A DNA stretch of 64,000 nt from an uncultured Clostridia bacterium (GTDB lineage: Bacteria; Bacillota; Clostridia; TANB77; CAG-508), in assembly GCA_934129895.1 (NCBI GenBank), contig CAKOWY010000008.1, positions 298 through 64,297 on the forward strand, read 5' to 3'. Position 1 is the stretch's first letter, and the number at the start of each line of letters is the position of its first letter. The position numbers and the translations under genes are program-made. Positions 38,801 to 48,648 of the stretch are shown here, in pieces. The notes beneath the pieces were generated by a model. That model had not been told where the DNA came from and did not search any database. It was given only the letters and a program-made list of their open reading frames with translations.

Positions 38801-39301
38801 ATGAATATAATTATTTTATATATTTTTGCAATATTGTATTTTATAGATGTTGCATCAATTTCAATAATTGATAGAAGAAATAGAAATATAGATAAAAGAC
38901 TATTAGTATTTGGAATAATGGTTTCACTTGGTTATATGATATATGTTTATTTAGTGGATCCAACAAGCATCTATAGATATTTAATATATCTTGGAGGATA
39001 TGTAGTTTTATTATTTATAGATACATTTTTGTTAAGAAGATATGCAGAAGATAGTTATTTAGTAAATATACTAATGTTCTTTAATATGATGGTTGTATTT
39101 TGGGAGTATAAAGTTGCATTTCTAACATTAATTATATTTGGATTAATAATAGGTGTGTATATATTAAAGAGAAAAATAAATAAACCAAGAAATGCAAAGA
39201 TTGCAATTAAGTATAATGAGATACAATATGGATATTATTTAGGAATAAGTAATATGATTTCTATTTTAATTATTATGATAGTAAATTGTTTAAATAGATA
39301 A
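38801..39301 (+). CDS. Hypothetical polytopic membrane protein (166 aa)
   Basis: Four or five hydrophobic helices. Confidence 0.4.
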   Translation: MNIIILYIFAILYFIDVASISIIDRRNRNIDKRLLVFGIMVSLGYMIYVYLVDPTSIYRYLIYLGGYVVLLFIDTFLLRRYAEDSYLVNILMFFNMMVVFWEYKVAFLTLIIFGLIIGVYILKRKINKPRNAKIAIKYNEIQYGYYLGISNMISILIIMIVNCLNR

Positions 39302-39449
39302 AAACTTCGCAGTATATTGCGAAGTTTTTTTGATGTAATATAGATTATATGACAGATGTAAAAGGGGAGATAGTAAGTAGTATTGAACAATAAAAAACCT
39401 CGGAAGTATTGAAACTTCTGAGGTTGAATTTTTTGATAAAATCTCTTGA

Positions 39450-39851
39450 TTATCTCTTTGAGAATTGTGGTGCTTTTCTTGCTTTCTTTAGACCATATTT
39501 CTTTCTTTCTTTCATACGTGGATCTCTTGTTAAGAATCCGTTTGATTTTAAAGCAGGTCTATATTCTGAATTAGCTTCATTTAAAGCTCTAGCGATACCG
39601 TGTCTAACAGCTCCAGCTTGTCCTGAAACACCACCACCATATACTGAACAAATTACATCATATTTTGTTAATGTGTTTGTAACTGTTAATGGTTGTCTAA
39701 CTATAACTTTTAAAGTATCTAAACTGAAAAATTCTTCGATATCTTTTCCGTTTATTGTTATTTTTCCTGTTCCTTCAACTAATCTAACTCTAGCTACTGA
39801 ACTTTTTCTTCTTCCTGTTCCTAAGTATGTTATTTTATTTGACTTAGCCAT
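39450..39851 (-). CDS. rpsI: 30S ribosomal protein S9
   Basis: ...[23 protein letters not shown]......[17 protein letters not shown]. Confidence 0.95.
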   Translation of the reverse strand: MAKSNKITYLGTGRRKSSVARVRLVEGTGKITINGKDIEEFFSLDTLKVIVRQPLTVTNTLTKYDVICSVYGGGVSGQAGAVRHGIARALNEANSEYRPALKSNGFLTRDPRMKERKKYGLKKARKAPQFSKR

Positions 39852-39867
39852 GATTGTTCCTCCTTAA

Positions 39868-40302
39868 TTAAAAATTCCAAATTTCTGGTTTTTGTGCTTG
39901 AAGATTGTGTTCACTTCCAGCAAATGTTCTTAATTTTGTTGCCATTTGTCTTCCTAAAGAAGTATGTGGTAACATTCCTTTTACAGCTAACATCATAGCT
40001 TTTTCTGGATTTTTAGCCATCATAACAGCAGCTGGAGTTTCTTTCATTCCTCCAATATATCCTGAATGATGTCTGTAAATTTTTGAATTCATTTTATTTC
40101 CTGTTAATTTTGCATCTTTACAGTTGATGATTATAACATTATCACCTGTATCAATATTTGGTGTGAAAGTTGGTTTATGTTTTCCTCTAAGTAATCTAGC
40201 AGCTTCTGTTGCAACTCTACCAAGTGGTTTGTTAGCAGCATCGATTATATACCATTTTCTTTCAACTTCTGATTTTTTTGCACTATATGTAACGTTATTC
40301 AT
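39868..40302 (-). CDS. rplM: 50S ribosomal protein L13
   Basis: [48 protein letters not shown]. Confidence 0.95.
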   Translation of the reverse strand: MNNVTYSAKKSEVERKWYIIDAANKPLGRVATEAARLLRGKHKPTFTPNIDTGDNVIIINCKDAKLTGNKMNSKIYRHHSGYIGGMKETPAAVMMAKNPEKAMMLAVKGMLPHTSLGRQMATKLRTFAGSEHNLQAQKPEIWNF

Positions 40303-40525
40303 GGTAGTATTACCCTCCTATTTAAATTTAATATTTTGTTTATATATGAAATTTAAATTAAAACTACCGGGGAGAAGTTCAATTTAAATCATATTCCAAT
40401 ATGTACTAAAATATTTTAATACAAAATGTTAATTTTGTCAATATTTTTGGAAAAACTTATTGATATTTTTGGAGTTTATATATATAATTTACTATGCTTG
40501 ATAGTAATTTTTATAAGGAGGAAAA

Positions 40526-42154
40526 ATGGCAGAAGAAAAAGTAAAAGTAAAAAAGGAAACATTTATGCAAGGTGTAATGACAATAATGTTTTCACAAATA
40601 TTAATAAAAGTTTTGGGGTTAATATATACTTTATATTTAACCAATAGAGATGGTTTTGGAGATGCTGGTAATGCTATATATATAAGTGGATATCAAATAT
40701 ATGCGTTATTATTAACAATTTCATCAATTGGAGTACCAAATGCAATATCTAAATTAGTTTCAGAGAGACTTGCATTAGGAGATAGTAAAGGGGCTAATAA
40801 AATTTTTAAAGTTGCATTAGCTACATTTGGAATAATTGGTGCTATAGGAACAATGTTATTGTTCTTTGGAGCTCATACAATTGCTTATAATTGGATTCAA
40901 ATTCCAGAAGCAGAATTGACATTAGTAGCATTATCACCAGCTATATTTTTTGTATCAATATCATCAGTATTCAGAGGATATTTTAATGGAAGAAGAACAC
41001 TAAAAATTACAGCAAGAGCACAAACTTTAGAACAAATATTTAAAACAATTCTAACAATAGTAATGGTCGAAATTGTTGCTTATGCAACATCAACATCTAC
41101 TGAGATGATGGCAGCAGGAGCAAATTTAGCAACAACAATTGCAACATTTTCAAGTTTTGCTTATATGTTCATTTATTATAGAGTAAAAAGAAAAGAAATA
41201 GGAAATGAAATAGCTCAAACAACAAATTATAAATATGAAGATGTAAAAACAATTGTAAAGAAAATTTTAATGGTATCAATTCCATTAACATTAAGTTCAA
41301 TAATGACATCATTTAATAAAAATATAGATTCATTTACAGTAAAAAGAATTTTAAATACATATCTTTCATCAGATGTGGCTAAAAAGTTATATGGAATACT
41401 AGGTGGTAAAGTTGATACAATAACAAATTTACCACTTGCTATAAATATTGCATTTTCAACAGCGTTGGTACCAGCAATATCAGCAGCAAAAGCTAAAAAT
41501 GATCATGAAACAGCAACCAAAAGAGTATCATTTTCATTAATAACATCAATGTTAATTGGACTTCCCTGTGTGGTTGGTTTAGTTGTATTTGCTCAACCAA
41601 TACTAAATTTATTATATCCAAGAGCAAATGAAGGATCAGTATTATTACAACTTGTTGCAATTGGTGTAATATTCTCAATTTTAAATCAGACAATAAGTGG
41701 AGCATTACAGGGATTTGGAAAAGTAATGGTACCAGCATTTGCATTAGGTGCTGGATGCGTAGTTAAATTAATATTAAATTTAATTTTATTAAGAATACCA
41801 TCATTAAATGTATATGGTGCTGCAATTGCAACAATTGCATGTCATGCAACAGCATTTGCTATAGTATTTATAGTATTACAAAAGTATATAAAACTAGATT
41901 TACCATTTAAAAAGTTTGTTCTTAAACCAGGAATTGCTGCTGGAATAATGGGAGTATGTTCATATACAATTTATACTTTATTAAGCAGTACATTTTTACG
42001 TGGAAATAAAGCGACAATAATTTCAATAATTTTTGCAGTTATAATATATTTAATGTCAGTAGTAGCATTAAAGATTTATAGTAAAGAAGATATAAAAATG
42101 CTTCCAAAAGGAGATAAAATCCTGAAAATTTTAGAGAAATGCAAAATTTATTAA
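40526..42154 (+). CDS. spoVB: Stage V sporulation protein B-like polysaccharide/lipid-II flippase (MOP/Wzx superfamily)
   Basis: 542 aa with ~14 TM segments. N-terminal FMQGVMTIMFSQILIKVLGLIYTLYLTN is typical of SpoVB/MurJ-like flippases. Confidence 0.7.
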   Translation: MAEEKVKVKKETFMQGVMTIMFSQILIKVLGLIYTLYLTNRDGFGDAGNAIYISGYQIYALLLTISSIGVPNAISKLVSERLALGDSKGANKIFKVALATFGIIGAIGTMLLFFGAHTIAYNWIQIPEAELTLVALSPAIFFVSISSVFRGYFNGRRTLKITARAQTLEQIFKTILTIVMVEIVAYATSTSTEMMAAGANLATTIATFSSFAYMFIYYRVKRKEIGNEIAQTTNYKYEDVKTIVKKILMVSIPLTLSSIMTSFNKNIDSFTVKRILNTYLSSDVAKKLYGILGGKVDTITNLPLAINIAFSTALVPAISAAKAKNDHETATKRVSFSLITSMLIGLPCVVGLVVFAQPILNLLYPRANEGSVLLQLVAIGVIFSILNQTISGALQGFGKVMVPAFALGAGCVVKLILNLILLRIPSLNVYGAAIATIACHATAFAIVFIVLQKYIKLDLPFKKFVLKPGIAAGIMGVCSYTIYTLLSSTFLRGNKATIISIIFAVIIYLMSVVALKIYSKEDIKMLPKGDKILKILEKCKIY

Positions 42155-42268
42155 AAAAAAAGAGGGAATTTAGAATATTATGGAGAATAATTAAACAGAA
42201 AAGTACAGATATTGCTTTGATTCTGCAATATAAGTACATATTTACAAAATTCATAGGAGGTAATGATA

Positions 42269-42547
42269 ATGAACAAAGCTGAATTAGTAGCAGCAATGTC
42301 TGCAAAAACAGGAGATTCAAAAAAGGCAACAGAAGCAGCAGTTAATGCATTTGTTGAAGTTGTATCTGAAGCTTTAAAAGGAGGAGACAAAATTCAATTA
42401 GTTGGATTTGGATCTTTTGAAGTTAGAAAAAGAGCTGCAAGAAAAGGTAGAAATCCTCAAACTAAAGAAGAGATAAAAATACCTGCATCAAAAGCTCCAG
42501 TATTCAAAGCTGGCAAAGCATTAAAAGACGTAGTTAATAAAAAATAG
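42269..42547 (+). CDS. hup: DNA-binding protein HU
   Basis: MNKAELVAAMSAKTG...GFGSFEVRKRAARKGRNPQT... Confidence 0.95.
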   Translation: MNKAELVAAMSAKTGDSKKATEAAVNAFVEVVSEALKGGDKIQLVGFGSFEVRKRAARKGRNPQTKEEIKIPASKAPVFKAGKALKDVVNKK

Positions 42548-42556
42548 TTATATTAA

Positions 42557-42592
42557 AAAATAGCAAGAATAGTATCTTGCTATTTTTTTTTT
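42557..42592 (+). terminator. Rho-independent terminator (aaaatagcaaga...tcttgctattttt family)
   Basis: Stem atagcaaga/tcttgctat followed by T10. Confidence 0.75.
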
Positions 42593-42629
42593 GATATGTT
42601 AATATAAAACTGTAAAAAGGAGACGATAA

Positions 42630-43541
42630 ATGAAAATAGGAATAGATATAGGTGGAAGCCATATTGGAATTGGTTTAATTGATGAAAATGGAGAAATTTT
42701 AAATTACAAAGAAAAATATATAGTTAAAGGTATTTCAGATGAATTTCACATAGATATTACGAATATAAAAAATGAATTAGAAGAGTTTATCATAAGTACT
42801 GTAAATGAATATAAAAATAATCAAGTAATTGAATATATTGGAATTGCAGTTCCTGGAACAGTAAATGAAAAGAAAATTATAAAAGCAGTTAATTTAGGAT
42901 TGGAAAATTATGATATATCAAGCATTATTGAAGAAAAAACTGGATTAAAAGTTAAACTAAAAAATGATGCAAAATGTTCAGCATTGGCAGAAAAGAAATA
43001 TGGAAATTTAAAAGAATTTAAAAATGGAGTATATTTGTGTATTGGAACAGGAGTTGGAGGAGCAGTAATATATAAAGGAGAATTATTAGAAGCTGAAGAG
43101 GTTCCTGGATTTGAATTTAGTCATGTAGTTATACAAAAAAATGGATTAATGTGTAATTGTGGAAAAAGAGGATGTTTTGAGGTATATGCAAGTATAAAAA
43201 GATTTAAAGAAAAAATAAAAGAAGAATTTAATTTAGAAGATTTAGAAAATAGTAATATTAAAGAATTTATAGAAAAAAACATTGAAGATGTAAAATTAAA
43301 ATATTTAATAAATCAATATGTAGAAAATCTTGCAATAGGAATATCAAATATTATAAATATTTTTGAACCAGAAGTAATTGTAATTGGTGGAGGTTTTTCA
43401 GACTATAAAGATATTTTAATAAAACCATTAAAAAAGAAGATATTGTCAGATAATATGTTATTTAATAAAAGAGAAGATATAAATATAAAAGTTTCTAAAT
43501 TGGGAAATGATGCGGGAATGATAGGAGCAACATTAATATAA
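42630..43541 (+). CDS. glcK: ROK-family glucokinase
   Basis: MKIGIDIGGSHIGIGLID and the ROK zinc motif CNCGKRGCFE. Confidence 0.85.
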   Translation: MKIGIDIGGSHIGIGLIDENGEILNYKEKYIVKGISDEFHIDITNIKNELEEFIISTVNEYKNNQVIEYIGIAVPGTVNEKKIIKAVNLGLENYDISSIIEEKTGLKVKLKNDAKCSALAEKKYGNLKEFKNGVYLCIGTGVGGAVIYKGELLEAEEVPGFEFSHVVIQKNGLMCNCGKRGCFEVYASIKRFKEKIKEEFNLEDLENSNIKEFIEKNIEDVKLKYLINQYVENLAIGISNIINIFEPEVIVIGGGFSDYKDILIKPLKKKILSDNMLFNKREDINIKVSKLGNDAGMIGATLI

Positions 43542-43563
43542 AAATAAAAAAGTTGTAAAAATA

Positions 43564-43592
43564 TTGACATCTAAAAAAAGAAAATGTATAAT
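43564..43592 (+). promoter_or_regulatory. Sigma-A promoter of recN. A near-palindrome aaacaaacatttgttt at 43597-43614 is a possible degenerate LexA/Cheo box
   Basis: ttgaca - 17 nt - tataat. The downstream palindrome resembles GAAC-N4-GTTC with two mismatches. Confidence 0.55.
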
Positions 43593-43629
43593 ACGTTTAA
43601 ACAAACATTTGTTTTTTAAGGAGGCAATA

Positions 43630-45261
43630 ATGATTACAAATTTACATATAAAAAATATAGGGATAATAGATAATTTAGAAATAGATTTTAATGATGGGAT
43701 GAATGTATTAACTGGAGAAACTGGTGCAGGAAAAACTCTTATAATAGATTCACTTGCAATAATAAGTGGAGAAAGATTCTCAAAAGAAATGATCAGAAAA
43801 GGAGAAAATCATTCTTATGTTGAAATATGCCTTTATGAACCAAATGACATAAACTCTGTTGATGGAAATATAATTGTAACAAGAGAAATATACAGTAATG
43901 GAAGAAACAATTGTAAAATAAATGGTAGATTAGTAACTGTATCTGAATTGAAAAAATTTATGAATAATTATATAGAGATACATGGACAAAATTCAAACCA
44001 ACAATTATTTGATAGTAGTACACATATAAAATATTTAGATAATTTTATTGGAGATAAGATTAACATATTAAAAAATAAATATTGTCAAAATTATATAAAA
44101 TATAATGAAATAAAGAGAGAACTTAGAAACAATTATGGGGATGAAAAAGAAAAGCAAAGAAAACTTGATTTACTAAAATATCAATTTGATGAAATAAAAA
44201 ATGCAAATTTAAAAGTTGGTGAAGAAGAAAAATTAGAAGAAAAAAGAAAAATAATGTTAAATTCAGAAAAGATTGCAAAAAACTTAATGGAGGCAAATCA
44301 ATTAGTTAATGATAATACAATAGATTCAATAGATAGAGCTTCTAGATTATTAGAAAAATTGGAAGAAATAGATTCCAAATATATTAAAACATCTGAAGAA
44401 TTAAAAAATATATATTATAATCTTCAAGAAATTTCAAGAGATATAAATTATTATAGTGAAGAAATGGAATTTGACGAAAGTGAAAGAGAAAGTGTTGAAG
44501 AAAGATTAGATGAGATATATAATTTAAAGAGAAAATATGGAAACAATATACAAGAAATTTTGGAATATGCTTCAAATATAGAGATAGAAATTCAAAAGAT
44601 TGAAAATGTAGAAGAATACAATAATCAATTAAAAAAAGAGCAACAAGTATTAGAAAAAGAATTAACAGATGTAGGAAGTCAAATAAGCCAAATAAGAAAA
44701 GAATATGCAGAGATATTAAATACAAGAATAAACAAAGAATTAATTGAATTAGAAATGAAAAATGCCAAAATAAATGTAAATGTTGAATATAAAACTAACG
44801 AATTTTTTGAAAATGGAAAAGATGAAGTTAAAATTTTAATAAGAACAAATGTAGGTGAAGATGAAAAAGATTTAACTAAAATTGCATCAGGAGGAGAATT
44901 ATCAAGAATAATGTTAGCTATCAAAAAAGTTTTAGCAGAGGCAGATAATATTCCAGTATTAGTATTTGATGAAATTGATACAGGAATAAGCGGTAAAGCT
45001 GCAAAATCAGTAGCAGAAAAAATGAAAAGTATTTCAAAAAATCATCAGGTATTATGTATATCTCATTTAGCCCCAATAGCGGCAATGGCAGATTATAATT
45101 ATTACATAAGTAAAGAAATTGATAATAATAGAACATCAACAAAAATAAAAATGTTGAATGAAGACGAAGTCCTACGTGAAATTGCAAGAATATCTTCAGG
45201 AGAAGTAAATGATGTAACATTGCAATATGCAAATGAATTAAGAAACTCAAAAGTTTCATAA
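43630..45261 (+). CDS. recN: DNA repair protein RecN
   Basis: MITNLHIKNIGIIDNLEIDF..LTGETGAGKT Walker A, a long coiled-coil, and C-terminal GGELSRIMLAIK...LVFDEIDTG. Confidence 0.9.
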   Translation: MITNLHIKNIGIIDNLEIDFNDGMNVLTGETGAGKTLIIDSLAIISGERFSKEMIRKGENHSYVEICLYEPNDINSVDGNIIVTREIYSNGRNNCKINGRLVTVSELKKFMNNYIEIHGQNSNQQLFDSSTHIKYLDNFIGDKINILKNKYCQNYIKYNEIKRELRNNYGDEKEKQRKLDLLKYQFDEIKNANLKVGEEEKLEEKRKIMLNSEKIAKNLMEANQLVNDNTIDSIDRASRLLEKLEEIDSKYIKTSEELKNIYYNLQEISRDINYYSEEMEFDESERESVEERLDEIYNLKRKYGNNIQEILEYASNIEIEIQKIENVEEYNNQLKKEQQVLEKELTDVGSQISQIRKEYAEILNTRINKELIELEMKNAKINVNVEYKTNEFFENGKDEVKILIRTNVGEDEKDLTKIASGGELSRIMLAIKKVLAEADNIPVLVFDEIDTGISGKAAKSVAEKMKSISKNHQVLCISHLAPIAAMADYNYYISKEIDNNRTSTKIKMLNEDEVLREIARISSGEVNDVTLQYANELRNSKVS

Positions 45262-45295
45262 TAATATAATTTATAATGTAAAGAAGGAGAAAGAA

Positions 45296-45823
45296 ATGCC
45301 AGAAAGACCAGAAGTTATAAAAATGCGTGAAAATGCTCATAAAAGAGAATATGTACTTGAAAATGTGTCTAAAGAAGGAGGATTATTAGATTTTGCAGGA
45401 GAAGAGATGAAAGATGACAAAGAAATTGCGTTAGCAGCAATTCATAATAATCCAGAAGCATTAGAATATGTTAGTGATAGATTAAAAGGTGATAGAGAAG
45501 TAGTATATGAATCTGTAAGCAAAGTTGGATGGACATATTGTTATGCAAAGGAAAATCTTTTAGATGACAAAGAACTTTTAATTGCTGGATTAAAACAAAC
45601 AGGACAAATATTATATTATTCTAATGAAAAAATGAGAGATGATAAAGAAGTTGTTATGCTTGCAGTTATAAATAAGCCAATAATAATAAAATATGCAAGT
45701 GGAAGATTAAGAGAAGATAAAGAAATAGGAATAGCAGCAATGAAAACAAATAAAAATTGTTATGAGTTTTTAGGTCCAAATTTAAAGAAGGATGAAGATA
45801 TATTAACAATTTTAAATAGTTAG
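45296..45823 (+). CDS. DUF4116-repeat protein
   Basis: Four ~35-aa repeats of the form DDKE(I/L/V)..A(A/V)..N..AL.Y(V/A)S..L..D.E. Confidence 0.55.
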   Translation: MPERPEVIKMRENAHKREYVLENVSKEGGLLDFAGEEMKDDKEIALAAIHNNPEALEYVSDRLKGDREVVYESVSKVGWTYCYAKENLLDDKELLIAGLKQTGQILYYSNEKMRDDKEVVMLAVINKPIIIKYASGRLREDKEIGIAAMKTNKNCYEFLGPNLKKDEDILTILNS

Positions 45824-45890
45824 AGAATAATTATTAAATTATAGTTAGTATTGGAAAAAAGATTTAATATAGAAAGTTTTGGCAAAGTAC

Positions 45891-45919
45891 TTGATTTTTA
45901 TGTAAAAATATAGTACAAT
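45891..45919 (+). promoter_or_regulatory. Sigma-A promoter of rpsO
   Basis: ttgatt - 17 nt - tacaat. Confidence 0.5.
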
Positions 45920-46013
45920 ATCAATGTTAAAAATATTCCTATAGCCTAGTCTAATAAAAGACACCTATTATTAGAACTCGGTATAAGGAGAAAAAAAGTA
46001 GGAGGTGTTATTT

Positions 46014-46277
46014 ATGACAGTAGAAAAGAAACAAGAAATCATCCAAAAATATAGAAGAGATGAAAAAGATACAGGTTCTTCAGAAGTTCAAATTGCTCTT
46101 TTAACAGAAAGAATAAATGAATTAACAGAACACTTAAAAGTTCATAAAAAAGACAACCATTCAAGAAGAGGAATGTTAAAAATGGTTGGAAAAAGAAGAA
46201 ATTTATTAAACTACTTAGCAGCAAAAGATGAAGAATCATACAAAGCATTAGTTGAAAAATTAGGACTAAGAAAATAG
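46014..46277 (+). CDS. rpsO: 30S ribosomal protein S15
   Basis: [42 protein letters not shown].... RBS aggaggtg. Confidence 0.95.
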   Translation: MTVEKKQEIIQKYRRDEKDTGSSEVQIALLTERINELTEHLKVHKKDNHSRRGMLKMVGKRRNLLNYLAAKDEESYKALVEKLGLRK

Positions 46278-46289
46278 TTTAAGAGTTGT

Positions 46290-46323
46290 AAGAGGCGTGT
46301 GCAACAAATGCTAACGTCTCTTT
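46290..46323 (+). terminator. Hairpin after rpsO (terminator and PNPase autoregulatory leader)
   Basis: aagaggcgt / acgtctctt stem with one G-U pair and a short T-run. Confidence 0.4.
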
Positions 46324-46457
46324 AATTGTATTATGGCATAAATTGTATTTAGAAAAGTAGCTTGTATAATGTATTCTATGTATAGAATATATTATAGAGG
46401 TTACAATCTAATACAAATTGCCGAAAAATAGGTGTAATATAGATAAGGAGTGAAGAT

Positions 46458-48617
46458 ATGTTTAAAAGTTATGAAACAGAACTAGCAGGTAGAAAACTTG
46501 TAATAGAAACAGGAAAATTAGCAGGATTAGCAAATGGAAATGTTGTAGTAAAATATGGAGATACAGTTGTAATGGTAAATGTTACAGCTTCAAAAGAACC
46601 AAAAGAAGGAATAGACTTTTTCCCATTATCAGTAGATTTTGAAGAAAAAATGTATTCAGTTGGAAAAATACCAGGATCTTATACAAAAAGAGAAGGAAAA
46701 CCAAGTGATAAAGCAATATTAGTATCAAGAGCGATAGATAGACCATTAAGACCACTATTTCCAAAAGATTTCAGAAACGATGTAGTAGTTGTTGCAACAG
46801 TATTAAGCGTTGAACAAGATAATTCACCAGAAGTAGCAGCAATGATTGGTGCATCTGCAGCATTATCAATATCTGATATACCATTTGGAGGACCAACAGC
46901 AGCAGTAAATGTTGGATTAGTAAATGGAGAAATAGTAATAAATCCAACAGAAGAACAAAGAAAAATAAGTGATTTAAATTTAACAGTTGCAGGAACAGCT
47001 GAAAAAGTAGCAATGATTGAAGCTGGAGCAAATGAAGTACCTGATGATGTAATGTTAGAAGCAATTAAAAAAGGACATGAAGAAATCAAGAAAATATGTC
47101 AATTTATTCAAAAAATGAAAGATGAAATAGGAAAGCCAAAATTTGCATACAAATCATTTGCAGTAGATCATGATTTATATGAAGAATTAGAAAAAGATTA
47201 TACAGAAAAAATGAAAATAGCTGTACAAGAAATAGACAAAGACACAAGAGACAATAATGTTGCAGTATTAACAGAAGAAATTGAAAATGCTCTTGCAGAA
47301 AAATTAGGAGAAGAGGAATTTGAAAACAGAAAACAAGAAATTGGAGAAGCTGTTTATAAATTAGAGAAAAAATGTGTAAGAGATATGATATTCTATGAAC
47401 ATAAAAGAGTTGATGGAAGAGCAATTGACGAAATAAGACCATTATCATGTGAAGTTGGATTATTACCACGTACACATGGAAGCGCTTTATTTACAAGAGG
47501 ACAAACTCAAGTAATGTCAATAGTAACACTTGGAATGAAGAGTGAAGAGCAAGAATTAGATGGAATAGATACAGAAACAGCCAAAAGATATATGCATCAA
47601 TATAACTTCCCAGGATATAGTGTTGGTGAAGCTAAAACATCAAGAGGACCTGGAAGAAGAGAAATCGGACATGGTGCATTAGCAGAAAAAGCATTAGTTC
47701 CAGTATTACCATCTGTAGAAGAATTCCCTTATGCTATAAGAGTTGTATCAGAAGTATTATCTTCAAATGGTTCAACATCACAAGCAAGTATATGTGGAAG
47801 TACATTAGCATTAATGGATGCTGGTGTTCCAATTAAGAGACCAGTTGCTGGTATTTCAACAGGACTTGTAACAAATCCAGAAAATCCAGATGATTATGTA
47901 ATGTTAACAGATATTCAAGGATTAGAAGATTTTTTCGGAGATATGGATTTCAAAGTTGGTGGAACAGAAAAAGGTATTACAGCAATACAAGTAGATATTA
48001 AAGTAGATGGATTATCATATAAAATAATAGAAGAAGCATTTGCAAGAACAAGAAAAGCAAGACAACATATATTAGATGATATAATGAAACCAGTTATTTC
48101 AGAACCAAGAGAAGAAATATCAAAATATGCACCACATATAATTACAACACAAATTAAAGTTGAAAAAATCAAAGATGTAATTGGAAAAGGTGGAGAAACA
48201 ATCAATAAAATAATTGATGAAACAGGTGTAAAAATAGACATAGAAGAAGATGGACAAGTATTTATTTATTCAACAGATGCTGAAATGGGAGAAAAAGCAT
48301 TAGATATAATAGAAAATATAGCTAGAGTAATCGAAGTTGGAGAAATATATTATGGAACAGTAACAAGAACTACATCATTTGGAGCATTTGTTGATATTGG
48401 TGGAGGAAAAGAAGGATTAGTTCATATATCAAAAATATCTAAAGAACATGTAAAAAATGTTACAGATTACGTAAAAGTTGGAGATAAAGTACCTGTAAAA
48501 GTTATTGAAATAGATGAACAAGGTAGAATAAATTTAACAATGAAAGACTTAAATGAAGAAAAAGAAGAAGAAACTGAAAAAGATAATGATACAGAAAAAG
48601 AATCAGTAGAAGAATAA
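46458..48617 (+). CDS. pnp: Polyribonucleotide nucleotidyltransferase (PNPase)
   Basis: Two RNase PH domains, then KH and S1 domains (GKGGETINKIIDETG; GEIYYGTVTRTTSFGAFVDIG); 719 aa. Confidence 0.95.
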   Translation: MFKSYETELAGRKLVIETGKLAGLANGNVVVKYGDTVVMVNVTASKEPKEGIDFFPLSVDFEEKMYSVGKIPGSYTKREGKPSDKAILVSRAIDRPLRPLFPKDFRNDVVVVATVLSVEQDNSPEVAAMIGASAALSISDIPFGGPTAAVNVGLVNGEIVINPTEEQRKISDLNLTVAGTAEKVAMIEAGANEVPDDVMLEAIKKGHEEIKKICQFIQKMKDEIGKPKFAYKSFAVDHDLYEELEKDYTEKMKIAVQEIDKDTRDNNVAVLTEEIENALAEKLGEEEFENRKQEIGEAVYKLEKKCVRDMIFYEHKRVDGRAIDEIRPLSCEVGLLPRTHGSALFTRGQTQVMSIVTLGMKSEEQELDGIDTETAKRYMHQYNFPGYSVGEAKTSRGPGRREIGHGALAEKALVPVLPSVEEFPYAIRVVSEVLSSNGSTSQASICGSTLALMDAGVPIKRPVAGISTGLVTNPENPDDYVMLTDIQGLEDFFGDMDFKVGGTEKGITAIQVDIKVDGLSYKIIEEAFARTRKARQHILDDIMKPVISEPREEISKYAPHIITTQIKVEKIKDVIGKGGETINKIIDETGVKIDIEEDGQVFIYSTDAEMGEKALDIIENIARVIEVGEIYYGTVTRTTSFGAFVDIGGGKEGLVHISKISKEHVKNVTDYVKVGDKVPVKVIEIDEQGRINLTMKDLNEEKEEETEKDNDTEKESVEE

Positions 48618-48648
48618 AAAAATAGTTCTAGTACGTTTTGTACTAGAA

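Noticed and set aside
39409-39867. 152-aa plus-strand ORF
   Set aside because: It lies entirely antisense to the conserved rpsI (S9) gene. It has no RBS and low-complexity content, so it is a shadow ORF.
40303-40525. Possible L13 leader or regulatory RNA upstream of rplM (minus strand)
   Set aside because: The region is AT-rich with a GC-rich segment (ccggggagaag), but I cannot match it to a known consensus by eye. Left unannotated.
46679-48241. Several minus-strand ORFs inside pnp
   Set aside because: Antisense to PNPase. Low-complexity translations.
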